The translations under genes and the position numbers were made by a program. This document shows, one piece after another, positions 27,143 through 42,100 of a DNA stretch of 64,000 bases; within the stretch, counting starts at the first letter, position 1, and each line of letters starts with the position of its first letter. The notes beneath the pieces were generated by a model that had not been told where the DNA came from, searched no databases, and saw only the letters and a list, made by a program, of their open reading frames with translations. This DNA comes from Nymphaea colorata (Eukaryota), in NCBI RefSeq assembly GCF_008831285.2, contig NC_045138.2, positions 27,714,001 to 27,778,000 of the forward strand, written 5' to 3'.

Positions 27143-30100
27143 GCAGACAGAGACATACACACACAAAATGGTCTGCCTAATGCACCTATTACATACATGT
27201 CATTCATAGACACATAAGAAAGCATGCACATGATATACATGAATAGTTGTATGATGGGTTCTGCTCTAATGGACTAGGCTCTCTGGGGAAATAGAGACCT
27301 ATCAAGCACACTCCTTGTGTCTTGTGACTAAATGTTCCTAAAGAAGTCCCAATAGTACAAAACGAGTTCATACAGAAAAATTTTCAGGTATGCAAATGAT
27401 GCAGAATGCTTATACTACTAAGCTTGATCACGATAATTCATATGGCCTTTTCTAGGTAATGAGAGATTAAGTATAGTAACAGAAGAACCAAGTAGCCGAC
27501 ACATGCAATTCCAAAGAAGTCACTATAATAGACAGCAACACACATATAGTCAATAACATCAACCGTGTCAACACAGGAAAGCAATCCATACCTGTTCAAG
27601 TGTATGCTGTGCAAGATCAGTGGTTGATACCATCACCCCGGCAGCAAATGATCCCAGTTCAAGACTTAAACCCAATTTATCACTACACTGTGCATATACC
27701 CAAAAATATAATCCAGTTCAAGAACATTATTTTGATCAAACAAGGTTCAAGGTAAAAAAAAAAAAGTATCAATGCTAATGTCAAGAATAAAAACTAGACT
27801 ATCAGCAAAGAGCACAACAAACAGGAAAAACAGAGACATGTTTATCCTTATAAATTTCAAAAATTTGATAGCACACGGTGACAGTCTTTCCAGAGTGAGA
27901 ATTATTTGGAATGGCACAAATAATTTTGGAGCAGTCTACTTAAGTATATAATAGCAAGAAGCATGCAAAACCCTGGTTGTATAAGATGGCTTGTAATGTG
28001 CACTACAGAGTGGGGACTAGGATTCTTGTTACCACATGGATAATGCTACTAATGAAGTGTTTATCTGGAGTCTTTAAGAATTTTCCAGAAATACAATGTA
28101 TAAACAAAGGCTGGAATGAAGGCTGGCAAGATTAATCAAAGGCACAACTCCGGTGAATAAAATGAAAACACATGGGCAAAAGGATGCTCTCCAGAATACT
28201 TTGCACTTCAGAGTTCAGACCACTATAAGCATAAACACTCATTGCAGAAACTCATTCAAGGAGAAAAAGTGAACATTGCTGTTCTTTTCACAATTTCATT
28301 ATTCCTGTTTCATTAGTGTGAGTCAATCTATTTCCTTTTCTAACTAAGTACTTTGACCAGAAGTGCAAGAATATCAGGTGCTTTCCAATTCAGCATTTGA
28401 TTCACAAAAAAAATGTCTCTCAAAAATATATGGCAGATGTTCATGCTCCTCTGAGAAGTCTTCTTCTTTTCATTTGTATCATGGCAACAGGTAGCCCTGA
28501 ACTATTTGCATGGTTAGAGTCAATAAATGCTTGCAATCGCTGATCTAAAGCATTTAAAGGGAATTGTAGGAAGTTACAATTAACTAAACTTCCTGCTGCA
28601 GCACAACACTAAACAAAGCAATCTAGGTTAATCACAAGTATAATCAAAGAGGGCTTAGAACTAAGGAGCTTAAACTTTCACCAAGAGTACCATATGGTAA
28701 AAAAGGAAAATAGAATTAATGATTTACTAAAGACTTAAATTTTCTACGAAAGTTAAGGAACAAACCCAAGCAACAAGCAAGCAAAAAGCGACAGAAGCCA
28801 GCTGATAAAGTTCATTGGTCTGCAAAATAAATTACATTCAAAAGTCAGTAGACCAACAAGACGTAAAATTCAAAAAAGTTAAATTGTATTACAGTCTGGT
28901 GTACAGGCAGAAGCATAGATGTATTGAAAAAATATATCCATTAAACAAACAATTACCTCTGAGGATAAGCTTATCATCAGCTTAAAAAGCCAAGGCACAC
29001 ATGTTCGTGATAACATGGCCAAAATAGATAAGAATGTGCACAATAGGATGGCCCTACAAATCAACAAAATGAAATAGGTGCTATGTTTCATATTGGCAAA
29101 ATAGCAGCAGAAAATAGTCTAACATGAGAAAACAATGTTCCAACATAAAAAGCACACAGAAGGAGCTGGAAATGATTGCCCGTTTGTGCTATTCATTGTG
29201 TAATGTTTGAACTCAGAGGAACACATTTCAAAGGAAAACAGCAAACAAGGAAGGATGCCAGGCACTAGAAGAGCCATTAACACCATTTATCGAGTAACTG
29301 TTACTATTACACTGCACTGCAAGCCAAAGTCTATATATTGGTCAGTTCATTTTCTATCTGCACTAAATATTACATAACCTTTGCATGTTTATGTATCATC
29401 ATTCATCAATGTAATGACTACTAAAATACTTTAAAAAATCAAAATCAGGCTATTAAATCCTCAAACCAGTAAAATCTGCAATAATTGTGAAAAGAAAAAG
29501 ACGTCACTACAAACCCAAAACATAAATAATAAAGCTTGAACTGAAAATGAGGCCTCTTGTTTGTGATGGTCACAGTGGCATGGTTCAACAAGACAAAGTT
29601 CGTTACTACCAACTTAAATGTAGTTCTCACATTCTTGGACCTCAATGGCATAAGCTCCAAATCAATGAGCATGACCCAACATTAGAGCCTGAAAGATTTA
29701 AAAAATTAAGAATACCAGCCAGAATGTTTTTTCCTTAAGCTTCAAATGTAAAAAAGTCAACAAAAAATTACCACTTAAATAAATTGCTTTTGGACAAATG
29801 CCATTTTGAAGAATCTATATTTACTTATGTTACCAATCCAAAATGAGCTGTTAGCACCACAAAACAGATCCAGTTGATTTTAGTCTGAAAAACACAGTAA
29901 AGTACATTCGATTATAAATTATAATACATAGTTGAAAATCGAAACTTTAAAACCATTAGCATGATTAATCCTAAAGATTTATTATTTGTTAACGTAACAG
30001 CAGTCAATAAACATATCTAAAACTTGGCAGTTATAACAGGCACTTAGTGTCTTAACAAGCATGAAATAGCATCTCTTCTTTCAAAATACGCTCAAGAAAG

Positions 30101-33100
30101 AAGGTGGAGAGACAGGGTGTGAGCCACATACGATTTAGTCATAGACATTATTCCTTGTAGAACTCCAGTATTACCACCCAGAACTGGAAGAAGTGCAAAC
30201 AGCAACCCAACAGCACAATCCTAGATTGCAAGGATAGCTCTTAACATTCTCTAAATACCTTTCAAGATATGAATTGAAGAATACATAAAAGGAAGAAAAC
30301 CACTACCTGGAGGATAAGGGTCCCAACAGTAACTTGACCATGAACAGCGCTGATGCTGTTTCGCTCCATCAAGAACTTCAAAACCTGAAAAAGAAAGAAA
30401 ATATTTCTGTTGGTCAATGGCCAAAATGTCCTCAATTGTAAATGCAAAATAATACCTTCCCACCATTCTGAAATTTTCCCTGACAACTCTACTTAGAAAT
30501 CTGGTAAAAATTTGCAGGACTCAAATAGTCCACAATAAAGCAGGTGATTTCAAGACAATGCAATGGTGAAATGGTCACAAGCTTCACAAATTAATTCACT
30601 AGCAATTTAATCATATGCATTCATTTGTTATCACCATGAAGAAGGCTAAGAAACTATCTTCCAGAATTCTGCAAGCATAATGCTCTTTATATCTGTCATC
30701 AGAACATCTCTAACCACTACCAACTGTAAGGCTCTAGGTCAGTATAACTGAAAGGCAGAAAGACAATGCACGCCAGAGCTCAAACACATTGAGATTGTAG
30801 TTTCAGGTACCAGTTAGAAGAAAGTAGCAAATTTAAAGTGACCAACCTAGAAAGTTGATAGAGCAAATTTAATAATCTCAATATGCTTGCTAGCTGGGAA
30901 GAAAATAAAACCAAAATAGAGACCCAAACCCACTCAAATTTGTTATATGAGATAGAATAGTGAAAATGAATCATCAACAAATTTCACTGGATTCTATTAC
31001 AATGGTGCAATAAATTATGAATAGAGGGCGGGAGCAAATTACTAATGAAACAAAATGCACTTGTTCCAGATACACCAAGAAACTTAATGAGTGGTGACTT
31101 TTCCAATCTGTGCCAGAATGTACTTTCGCATTCTCATAGAGAAATCACAAACATTTCAAAAAATGCATATTTGAGAGGTTCACAAGACTTGTATATACAA
31201 TAAACATTCTAGAACAAAATGATCAGTGTTAAATACTTAAATTGTGGCCCACACACATACAGCATAGGGGATTGTATAAATTACCACAGCTGTGGAAGAC
31301 ATAGATAAAAAAGTGCCTACAAACACTCCTTCTGAAGGTTTGCCACCACATAACTGCAAAGGAAACAGAGAAGAATAGTTCAGTGCATAGATATGGTTAG
31401 TGGTCAGAACAAGGAAAGCTCAGAAGAAAGCAAGGTTCTTCCACCTATCAACATCAAAGAGAACATGGCAAAACATTCATGATACATGAAGCCTAGACAG
31501 TTAACAATATCTCCATTAATAGCACCGCCAAACAAATCATGGAGAAACCATTTAAAAAATAAAACTAATAAGCTGTAGCTTATGCTTCTACGTTCTAAGA
31601 ACTAAATCTCACAAATTGTGAACTACAACTAAAAGTGATGATTATTTTTGAAATACTTGTTTAACTCAATACAATCTTCTGTAGTCGTCTTCAGGACGTA
31701 TTCATAGGTACTTTAAACTTTAGGCGCCAGCATCTATAAGTATTTAAAAGTTGCAGGACATTTCAAACTATTTTAAATTCATTTAGATCCCATGCTTGTC
31801 ACATATGGCTTCTTTTCCTTTTCATAGAATTGTTTAAGAACACTTAACCTTCAAAATAAAACTTACAAAATTTCATTAAGAAAAAAACTACAACTGAGAC
31901 AAGTTTTTGTCCACCATCATCCATCAATCATGATCCAGATTTAATAAGTACTAAGAAAATTTAAAAACAATTTCAGTCAGGATGATGCTAAACTTCTCAT
32001 GTTTCCTTTTTTTCACTTAATCAGCTTGACACACAAATTCAAAACTGAAATCAGAGGCTGCAATTAACAGTGACATCTAACATTCACAGAGTTCAAGTGT
32101 GAAGGAGTTCCTTGACATGAAAGGTTTATTCTAGCATAAATACCAAAATTTTCACGATAAATGAAGACTATATATTTTTGCAACCTCTACTTAATACAAT
32201 CATCCCATGGTTAACTCCACCACAAAATTATTAGACAAAGTGAAAATTTGCAAAAATAACTGAAGTGCTCCGGACATACAGAGGCAGCTACACCACATAA
32301 GCACATGAAAAGAAAAATCTGCAGTATCCCTCCAAGTACAGCAACTGCTCGAACAACCCGAAGCTACAGAAGAATGATCAAGTTCATTCACAGTTCCAAT
32401 AGACAAGATGAAAACTCTAGAAAGATACAAAGGGAATATCAATCTGTAAATAGCATCTAACCTTTGTGGTGGAGAACTCAAGGCCCAATGCAAATAGAAG
32501 AAAAATTACACCAAACTGAGCAACAGTCTCAACCTACATCCAGATTTAGAAGTGTGTAAAACTGAAATGAAACGTTGGTATCCATGAAAATTGTTATAGC
32601 AAGAATTATGACAGACACAACAAATGTAACTAAGATTATCCTGATTAGATAGCAACTAACTAAGCCAAATGGTTTTGAGTCTTTTGACAAATGTTTAAGA
32701 GAGGGTACAATGTTATGCAATACAGCAAAGTACAGTTGCAAATCCATTACAGGTCCCGAAACAAGAACCTCAGACACATTAGAAGTACAATCCAAAAGAA
32801 CATTTTTCTTAAATGCATTGCAGGTTCTACAATCACAGACCACTCTTGGAAATGAAAGCCATAAAAAAAAAAATTAATAAGCTTCCAAATCAATAATCCA
32901 ATTTCCAATACAGTTGTCCATCTGACCAATCCATTCAGAAATCTCCAAGTTTATACTTCTTTTCAATTCTCTGAAGCATTATTCTTTTGCAGCTAGAAAT
33001 TTCATTCCGGTAAGGCATATAGCAAGAAAATTCAGCAGTTTAAGGGAGGGAAATGGGAACATAACCAACGTCGTGACAAAAGCAATCTCATTCTGATTCT

Positions 33101-36100
33101 TATGAAACATCTTGAAATAAGTACAGCAGATCAACACAATTAGGACATACAAGGCAAGATTTGGCTCATGCCATGGCAATAAAAGTCATTTGAAAGCCTC
33201 AACTCCTGTTTCTCTTAATTCTACGTATATCTTGTCAGTCATTGACTTTTTTTTTTTTGTTCAGCACCAAGTCGGTGTTAACAAATTTGATATAGCACTC
33301 ATTATGTTTATACAAGCCCAAAAAAGCAAGTAAAACACTTAAACGTCCATAAAAAAAGGCACTAAAAGGAGACTAATCTATATACCGAAATTGCCTAAGT
33401 CCATTGGGACCATTGACCATCTATATGCACTTACTGTTGCGTCAAAGGAGAAACCCCATCCATTTTAACAAAAAAAGAATGAGAACTCAGCATCTTTCTA
33501 TATATGGGACATTTTCCAAGAAATGTACTCTGCAGAATATGCTTCTCCATAACTTTTTTTCAAGTTTTGTTTTCATTAAAAGCAAGTAAGTGAAAATCAA
33601 CTTTAAGACGAGAAATAAAGTGTCATAATGTTAGTATGTAGACCCAACAGTAACAGGGACCTTACTTGCACCATTTCGCTTACAAAGCTTAACCCTCCAG
33701 GCCCAATGACAGATCCAGCCAGCAAATACCCAGTAATAACCTGAAAAAAAAATATATATTTTCCTTCTGCATGAATTTTTCAAATTCACCACTTGAACCT
33801 GAATTGTGCTAAGACAAGATTCACAGAAAACATATCAAGAAACATAATGTCTAAAAATTCATCATCAAACATGAGGTGATGTTCTGACCGGTTGACCAGC
33901 ACAGGCAAATGCAATGCCACCACATGTTGCAGATACTATGACCACTACCAGATCTGATATCAACCTGCATGTAAGTAGATATAAGTACTCCACTCTGAAC
34001 TTTTTTTTTTGCCGGATTGTGTGCAAAAGATCTGACTCCCCCACCTCAGGTCTAGCTGCAGAACTGGATACTTTGACTTGGGTTTTGATATAATAAACAC
34101 ATTGTCCTGAAAAAATTGCAGTAGAACTTGTATATGGATTCTCATTGCGAAACATTATTAGAATAAGAAATTCTAATTAGAATAAGCTGGCACAACATGA
34201 ATAGCATTTTTTCTACAACAAACTGATGGAAACAAAGTCTTTAACTGAGAAAAACCTTGCTGTCTATCAAAGTTGGAATGTCATCTGCCCTGTTCTCATT
34301 ATCCAAGTTGAAGACATCATGCAGTTGAAATGACCTGGTCAATTTGACAAGGAGTTAAAAGACACCATAAAAGAGATCATTATTCTCATCAAAAGATTGG
34401 ATATTCCTAAAATAAGGATGAAAAATCATTTCGCTACAAGAGAAAAGGACTAATACTTCTCTTCTTTGGTATCATTTTTCTTTGGTTTGTCACGAGTGAC
34501 TCGAGCAACTGTTTCTAGCACTCCCTGAAATATTTATTGAAATAAATGTAAGACATCTTGAAATAGCATAATTTGGACAAATTATATTTAACAAATAGGG
34601 TTCAGAATTACACGTGCAGTGAAAAAGCAAGGCATTTCTTTCAAAAGAACATGGAAGAAGAATGCACAAAATATCTTGCAAAATAAGGATGAACATCTTC
34701 CGCAGAAGGATGGCTGATCACAACAATAAGAAGTGAACGACCTTGTATAATTAATGGCCTGCACATAGTAGGTAAGGCCTTGCAATTATCAGGCTGATAA
34801 CCATGCGACAGGAAAACTAGCCCTGGCCTGTAACAAGTCAGCAGGCCCATGGGGCAAATGAAGAAACAGAAATGCCTGACCTAGATACCTGGAACACTCA
34901 GTCACTCACATATAACCACATGACTTTGCAGCAATCTAACCTGCCCAGCACACACATGCATGCATGTGCAGGCACAGAAAAGTATGTGCATGCAAACTGT
35001 TAGAATATCTTGTGTAAGGGAACCGGGTCTGGATATGGACCTGGTTCCATGGGCACGGGAGCCGAGGGTGGCTCGGTACCCTAGGCGGGTTCCCCCTTTA
35101 TAATCCCACTTAGTGTTGTGTTGTTGATGAAGTGGAATATATTTTCTCTCTCCTAGGGTTGCGGTTTTGCCCCTAGGTTAGAGCTTCTCCGTGGTTTTTC
35201 ACCTCTCCTTGAGGTTTTCCACGTATATCGTGTGCCTCTCCTTTTTCTTCTCTTTCGTTGCATATTTCTACATGGTATCAGAGACACCGTGTGTGGGTTT
35301 TGCTCTGTGATCGTGCGTTTTCATCGTTTCTGCCGCTGCTCGTCTCCCGCCGTTGCCGCCACTTCCAGCGCCGCCGCCTGTTCCAGCGCCGCCGCCGGCG
35401 TTCTTTTTTCAGCGCTGCCGCCTGTTCCAGCGCCGTCGCCGGCGTTATTTTCAGCGCCGTCGTCTTTCCTGCATCGCCGGCGTGAGCCGTCGCCTGGCGT
35501 CATTGTCGCCATCGCTGCCGTCCTTGCTATCACCGCCAGTAACTCTTCCGCCTCCGCTGCCTCTTGTCTGTTGTCTCTGGTGCTGGGCATTGCTTCTCTT
35601 TAGCGATTGTGATGGCCGAAGCGATGACTCCCAAGATCGATGATGCCCTAGATACGGGCAACATTACCAAGAGCGAGAACTTGCCTGTTCAAGTCACCTC
35701 CATCCGGCTGAACAAGGACAACTATCTCTCTTGGTCTGCTGCCGTAGAAATCGGGATAACCAGTCGTGGTCGCCTGCCTTATATTACTGGGGAGAAACCT
35801 GCACCTTCAAAAACGGATCCGCGATGGGCGACTTGGGCGTTGGAAGACAGTCAGGTGAAAGTATGGATCATTAGTTCTGTTTCTGCAGATATTCAGCCTC
35901 TGATCTTGCGTAAATCGACTGCATACGACATGTGGACTGTGCTTGCGAGGATGTATGGCCGTAAGAAGAGAGTATTGCGTGCGTATCAAATCAAACGTAG
36001 CATCTACTCTCTTAAACAGGGTGACTTGTCTGTAGCTTCTTTCTTTGCAGCCCTGAAGACTAAATGGGAGGAACTAGACTACCATGTGAATGATGATTGG

Positions 36101-39100
36101 CATTGTGGTTCTGATCATGCCCTGTACTGGGACAAAGAATGGATGGACCAGACTTTTATTTTCCTTGGAGGCTTACGTGATGAATTTGAATCCATTAGGA
36201 GCCAAATTCTTAATTGTGACGAGATTCCCGGGATTGAGGAGGTGTATGCCCGAGTAGAATCTGAGGAACAACGTCGTCAAGTTATGCATATTGACTCCAG
36301 CCATGGGAGCTCTCCCTCAGCGTTTGTTAGCCGTGCCTCTGGGATTGGACAGCGTTCTGTTCGACATTGTAGTCATTGTAACAAGTTGGGGCATTCTGTG
36401 GATTTTTGTTGGGATATTCATCCTGAGAAGAGACTTGTTCGTGGTCGCCCTCCTTCTAGTCGGCGGGGTTCTTCTGTTCCTGACTCTAGTCAGGGTAGTT
36501 CCTCAACTGTTGAAAAATCAAAACTTTCCTCCGATCAAATCAAGGAATTACAAGCTTATATCAGTCGGCTGTCTACTACGCAAGAGGAAACTTCCACGTC
36601 CGAAGGAGCTAAATTAGCTCAAGCTCTTGTAGCCACAAGCGATCAAGGTAATCCCTCACTTGGTGATTGGATTGTTGACAGTGGGGCTACGCATCATATG
36701 ACAGGGAATCCTAAGCTGTTTCAAGAATACCAATTGTCCTCAGGGCAGCAACGCGTGTCTATGGCTGACGGGTCCTCTATTTCTGTGGCTGGAAAAGGGA
36801 GTTTGTCCTTGTTGAATAAATATCATCTTCATAATGCTCTTCATGTTCCCAATATTCCTGTGAACTTGTTATCTGTCAGCAGTATTACCAGAGAACTCAA
36901 TTGTAATCTAATCTTTTCTGCTGATCATTGTTCCCTGCAGGACTTGGTGACGGGGAAGAAGATTGAGATTGGTTCGGTTATTGATGGACTCTACAGACTG
37001 CCCGTGCAAGTTGCGTCTGCCTTGATCTCAACCACTAGTGGACAGTTGTCAGGCCTAGAAGACAGATCTACCATTATGCGTTGGCACGAGCGTCTTGGGC
37101 ATCTCCCTTTCCAGTTGATCAAGAAGTTGTTTCCAAGGCTTTTTACTTATGTTTCGGTTGATTCGTTCTCATGTGAAGTTTGCCAGTTGGCTAAACATGT
37201 CAGGGCTTCGTACCCTATTTCTCTCAATAAAACCACTCGTCCGTTTGCTTTGGTTCACTCTGATGTTTGGGGTCCTTCGGGAGTATCCACTTGTCGTGGT
37301 TTTCATTATTTTATGACTCTTATTGATGACTACTCCCGTTGTACGTTTGTGTACCTGTTGAAAGAACGTAGTGAAGTTCCCATCATTGTCAAAAATTTTG
37401 TTGCATTTGTTGAGACTCAATTTCAGACCTCTGTTCAAGCTTTCCGCACCGACAATGCTCGGGAGTATGTCTCCCAGTCTATCGATGATTTCTTGAGGAG
37501 CAAGGGTATTATTCATGAGACATCCTGTAGTTACACACCTCCTCAAAATGGCGTGGCCGAACGAAAAAATCGCCACTTATTAGAAGTCACCCGTGCCATT
37601 ATGTTTCATAGGCATGTTCCTAAGCGCTACTGGGGTGATGCTCTTCTCACTAGTGCCCATCTGATTAACCGTATGCCTACTCGTGTGTTGAATGGTCGTT
37701 CTCCCTACTCTGTTCTTAGGCCCACTCATAACCCTTGGCCTCTTACTCCTCGTGTGTTTGGGTGTACTTGCTATGTTCATGACCATAGTCCAACCCTTAA
37801 GAAACTTGATCCTCGGTCCGTCAAAGCTGTCTTCTTGGGGTATTCTCCAACTCAGAAAGGCTATAAGTGTCTTGACCCTACTACCTCCAAAATTTATGTT
37901 TCTCGGGATGTTACCTTTCATGAACATGAGGCGTATTTTCTTGTGAATCCTCTTCAGGGGGAGTGTATAGAGAAATGTGTGGAAGAGTATTCCTCAGACC
38001 AGCTGGTTCAGTTTATGGATTTTTTAGAATACAAGGTCAGCCACAGTGTGACAGAGACAGTCAGAAGTGATAGCGACAGCCCTGTGCAAGGGAGCTCTGT
38101 GGATGATCAGCCCACAGCCCGTGATCATCTGTTCGGCCAGGTGTACGTCAGGAAGAAGACAGATGTGGTTGAAGGTGTTGATGTAACCAATCCCAATCCT
38201 GTGAGTTCCCCGGATGACCCAAGTCCAGTAGATGAAGAGCTTCCCATAGCCCTGCGCAAGGGAACCAGGTCATGTACTTCTCACCCTATTCAGAGATTTG
38301 TCTCTTATGCGAAACTTAGTAAGAATTACAAATGCTTTATTACATCCTTGTCTAAGTCTGTGATCCCCAGGTGTGTGGAAGATGCCAGAGAGGATCCTAA
38401 ATGGCTACAGGCCATGACAGAGGAGATGAATGCCTTGGCAAAGAACAACACGTGGGAAGTTGTTGATATCTCCAAGGCCACTCATTTAGTTGGTTCCAAG
38501 TGGGTGTTTAGTGTGAAGTACAAACCTGATGGTACTGTGGAAAGGTATAAGGCTTGCCTTGTTGCAAAGAGGTTCAGTCAGAAATATGGTATTGATTATC
38601 TTGAAACTTTTGCCCCTGTTGCCAAACTGAAAACCGTGAGAGTCATCTTAGCACTTGCTGTGCAAAAGAAGTGGAGCATGGACTAGCTTGATGTCAAGAA
38701 CGCATTTTTGAACGGCCGTCTAGAAGAAGAGGTCTATATGAGCATGCCCCCTGGATATGCCCAAAGCGGAAGATGTTGTCATCTCAAGAAAGCCTTGTAT
38801 GGACTAAAGCAGTCTCCTAGAGCTTGGTTTGAAAGACTGAGGATAGTGATGAAGACTAATGGGTACAAACAGGGAAATGGTGATCACACCCTATTCATTA
38901 AGCAGAAAAATGGTTTGGTGAGTCTCCTTCTTGTATATGTTGATGATATGATTGTCACAGGTGACGATGAAGAAGAGAAAAAGAAGATGAAGGAGAGGTT
39001 AGCTGCTGAATTTGATCTGAAAGATTTGGGTAAACTAAGGTACTTTCTGGGGATAGAGATTGCTCGATCAGAGATAGGGCTTGTTATGAGCCAAAGGAAG

Positions 39101-42100
39101 TACACCCTGGATCTTTTAAAGGAGACAGGTAAACTTGGATGTAGGTCCTTTCTAACTCCAATGGAGTCTGGTACGAAGAAAAGCATCAAGACTGGCAACA
39201 TCCTGGATGAGGAAGGAAAAGGTCGGTATCAAAGGTTGGTTGGTAAGCTCATCTATCTTACCCTCACTCGCCCTGATATCACCTATGCTGTGAATGTGTT
39301 GAGTCAGTTTATGCATGCTCCTATTGATTGTCACTAGAAGAGTGCAGAAAGAGTGTTGGGGTATTTGAAGAATGACCCAGGGAAGGGATTACTGTATACT
39401 CAGCAAGACCAACTTAATATTGAAGGATACTCTGACGCAGATTGGGCAGGGTGCACTGATACGATGAGGTCTACTGCAGGGTACTGCATCCTTCTAGGGG
39501 GTAACCTGATTGTATGGAGAAGTAAAAGGCAGGAAGTTTGTTCTAGATCCAGTGCTGAGGCTGAATACAAGGCAGTTGCTATGGGAGTTACAGAAATGCT
39601 ATGGTTGAAGATCCTTCTAGCAGATATTGGAATTGAAATAGAAGAGAAGATGAAGATGTACTGCGACAACAAATCTGCGATTAACCTTGCAAATAATCCC
39701 GTCCTGCATGACAGAACCAAACACGTGGAGATTGATCGCCACTTCATACGGGAACGCATTGATTCTAAGGAGTTGATCCTGCCTTATATGAAGTCTGAAG
39801 ATCAAATTGCAGATGTTTTAACCAAATCCTTATGTACATCTCAGTTTGAGAAAAATGTGAGCAAGCTTGGCATGTTTGACATGTATGCCAAGCTTGAGGG
39901 GGAGTGTTAGAATATCTTGTGTAAGGGAACCGGGTCTGGATATGGACCCGGTTCCATGGGCACGAGAACCGAGGGTGGCTCGGTACCCTAGGCGGGTTCC
40001 TCCTTTATAATCCCACTTAGTGTTGTGTTGTTGATGAAGTGGAATATATTTTCTCTCTCCTAGGGTTGCGGTTTTGCCCCTAGGTTAGAGCTTCTCCGTG
40101 GTTTTTCACCTCTCCTTGAGGTTTTCCACGTATATCGTGTGCCTCTCCTTTTTCTTCTCTTTCGTTGCATATTTCTACACAAACATAGACATGAAAGCAC
40201 ACATACAGACACAAACATACATCTGGAAGAGGGTGCTCTTTGTTCTAATCCCTTCAAACTTCATTTTCAAGCAATTCAAAACCAAATTTATCAGCTATTT
40301 TCAAAAGCCACTAGCCCACCAATGTTCCAATAATTGTATTTAATTCAAATACCTGCCTAAATTGCAAAACTTTAATGTCCTCTTCTGATGAAATACTCAG
40401 AAACCTTCACTAAAGGAACCAATATTAGACATAAAATATCCAATCCTCCCATGCTTTCAAAATCCCAACAGCCCATAATGCAAAGTTGATATAATTTTCC
40501 ATGTCATCCAAGTATGTACTAATTACCCCATAGAGACCAGTGATTATGTCATATATGGGAACAAGATTGATGATAAGAGTCGGCAACATCAGTAACATGT
40601 GTCACCTTTGATAATATTTTGATATATCTCTTGTCCTTTTTTAGTATTCACTAAACATCCAGCACACGTATATGTAATTTTGTGAACATAAAATACTTCA
40701 CCATCAAAAATTTTCATGAAAGCATAGTTGGTGTGGTTTGGTTTTGTTTTTTAAAAATGGTTGGTGTTAACAAGCAAATATAGTTAAACTAAAAAATTTT
40801 ACAAGCATCATCAGCATTTGCTAGTCTCATATCACTCATAAAACATATGCAGACATGATAAATAATGGTGGACCTTCAAAGAATTCATGTATCACCTGAT
40901 CTTCAGCCACAGTGTTGTTAAAGCTACCTGCATCCGTTTCTGGCACATTCAACAAAAGGACCACACATGGTTAGCTCGTATTTTGAGGATACGGAGTAGG
41001 CAAGGAAGGAGTGGAATAGACGAGTCAATAGCCTCAAGAAATGAAAATCAAATCATCAATTTAAAAGTCAGCATATGAGGAAGAACAACTGCTTATAATT
41101 ATAACAATAGCAATGGCAATGGCCAGATTTAGCAGTAATCATAATCACTAACAACAATCACAGAAGCACTGATGATGATGAGGATGACAATAGCTTGTCA
41201 TCATAAGAATGACGATGGCCATGTTTGATTGCTTATGAAGCACCTGTTGTTTCCAACAACATGACACAAGAAACTATTCCATTGCAAAAGAGCCCCCAAT
41301 GTGCTTATATGACAAACAATACAACCAAGATGGATGAGGTATGTTTCAACTACTGTCACAAATATCAGCACTTTTTCAACAAAATACGAATGAAGGGAAA
41401 ATAAAGGAAAATGGAGAGAGGGAGGAACACAATATTTGAAAGAAAAAAAGTCAAAACAAACCATTGCACTTTCACCTTTTTTTAAAAAAAAAGAACTTTA
41501 ATATATTTTAATTTTGTGAGGTTTCTTATAACACAGTATTAAAAATTTCCAAATTTCATTAATCTCTTTGAAAAACTCAAATTTTCATATTTATCTAACA
41601 TTTTTGTATTCTTAATTTTTTGAACCCTCGAGATTTTCTTGAGAAAAACAAGCTTCCCAATTGCCAAAGAAAAATCTTATTGATAAAATATTGGTGACAA
41701 TGGTTCCAACCTGTGAGAAGGCAAGCCTTGAAGTGAAGAAAGTATATGTTCAGTTTATGCTGACAGCAGCAGAAATCCTATAACAATATAAGCTTGCCAT
41801 AGAAACATGACGAATCAGCATCATTACTTTGGGGATGTATTTGCAGGGCAGTTTAAACTTTGAACTTTAAATAGAATTAAGAAAATCAAAGGTTTCTAGA
41901 ACATTCAAAAATTTTATAGACAAAGCTTGAAAGCATATAGTATCTGTTATATTCTCATGTTGGTATATAAACAGCAAGATTTTAGTGAGCCTTTAAATAT
42001 TTCAGTAACCAAAGAAAAAACATTTTTATAATTTTCAATGTTAACAACAAAACCTCTTTAGGTAAGTTTTTTGTTTTTATTTTCCCTACAGTAAAAATTC

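Larger units (their letters stand above)
34998..40179 (+). mobile_element. Full-length Ty1/copia LTR retrotransposon (Ale/Retrofit-like architecture), antisense in KEA intron 2
   Basis: TG...CA LTRs at 34998-35272 and 39905-40179. 5-bp TSD CAAAC (34993-34997, 40180-40184). PBS TGGTATCAGAG at 35273, PPT ending at 39904. Domain order gag-PR-INT-RT-RH. Confidence 0.97.

Noticed and set aside
35232..35643. Overlapping Ala/Pro/Arg-rich ORFs
   Set aside because: By-products of the GC-rich repetitive copia leader; gag most plausibly starts at ATG 35612.
38684..38686. Programmed stop-codon readthrough in pol
   Set aside because: The stop falls inside the conserved RT motif (QLDVKNAF) and a second stop follows; simple nonsense mutation is more parsimonious.
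37169..39805. Minus-strand ORFs within the copia element
   Set aside because: Antisense shadows of pol with no independent motifs.
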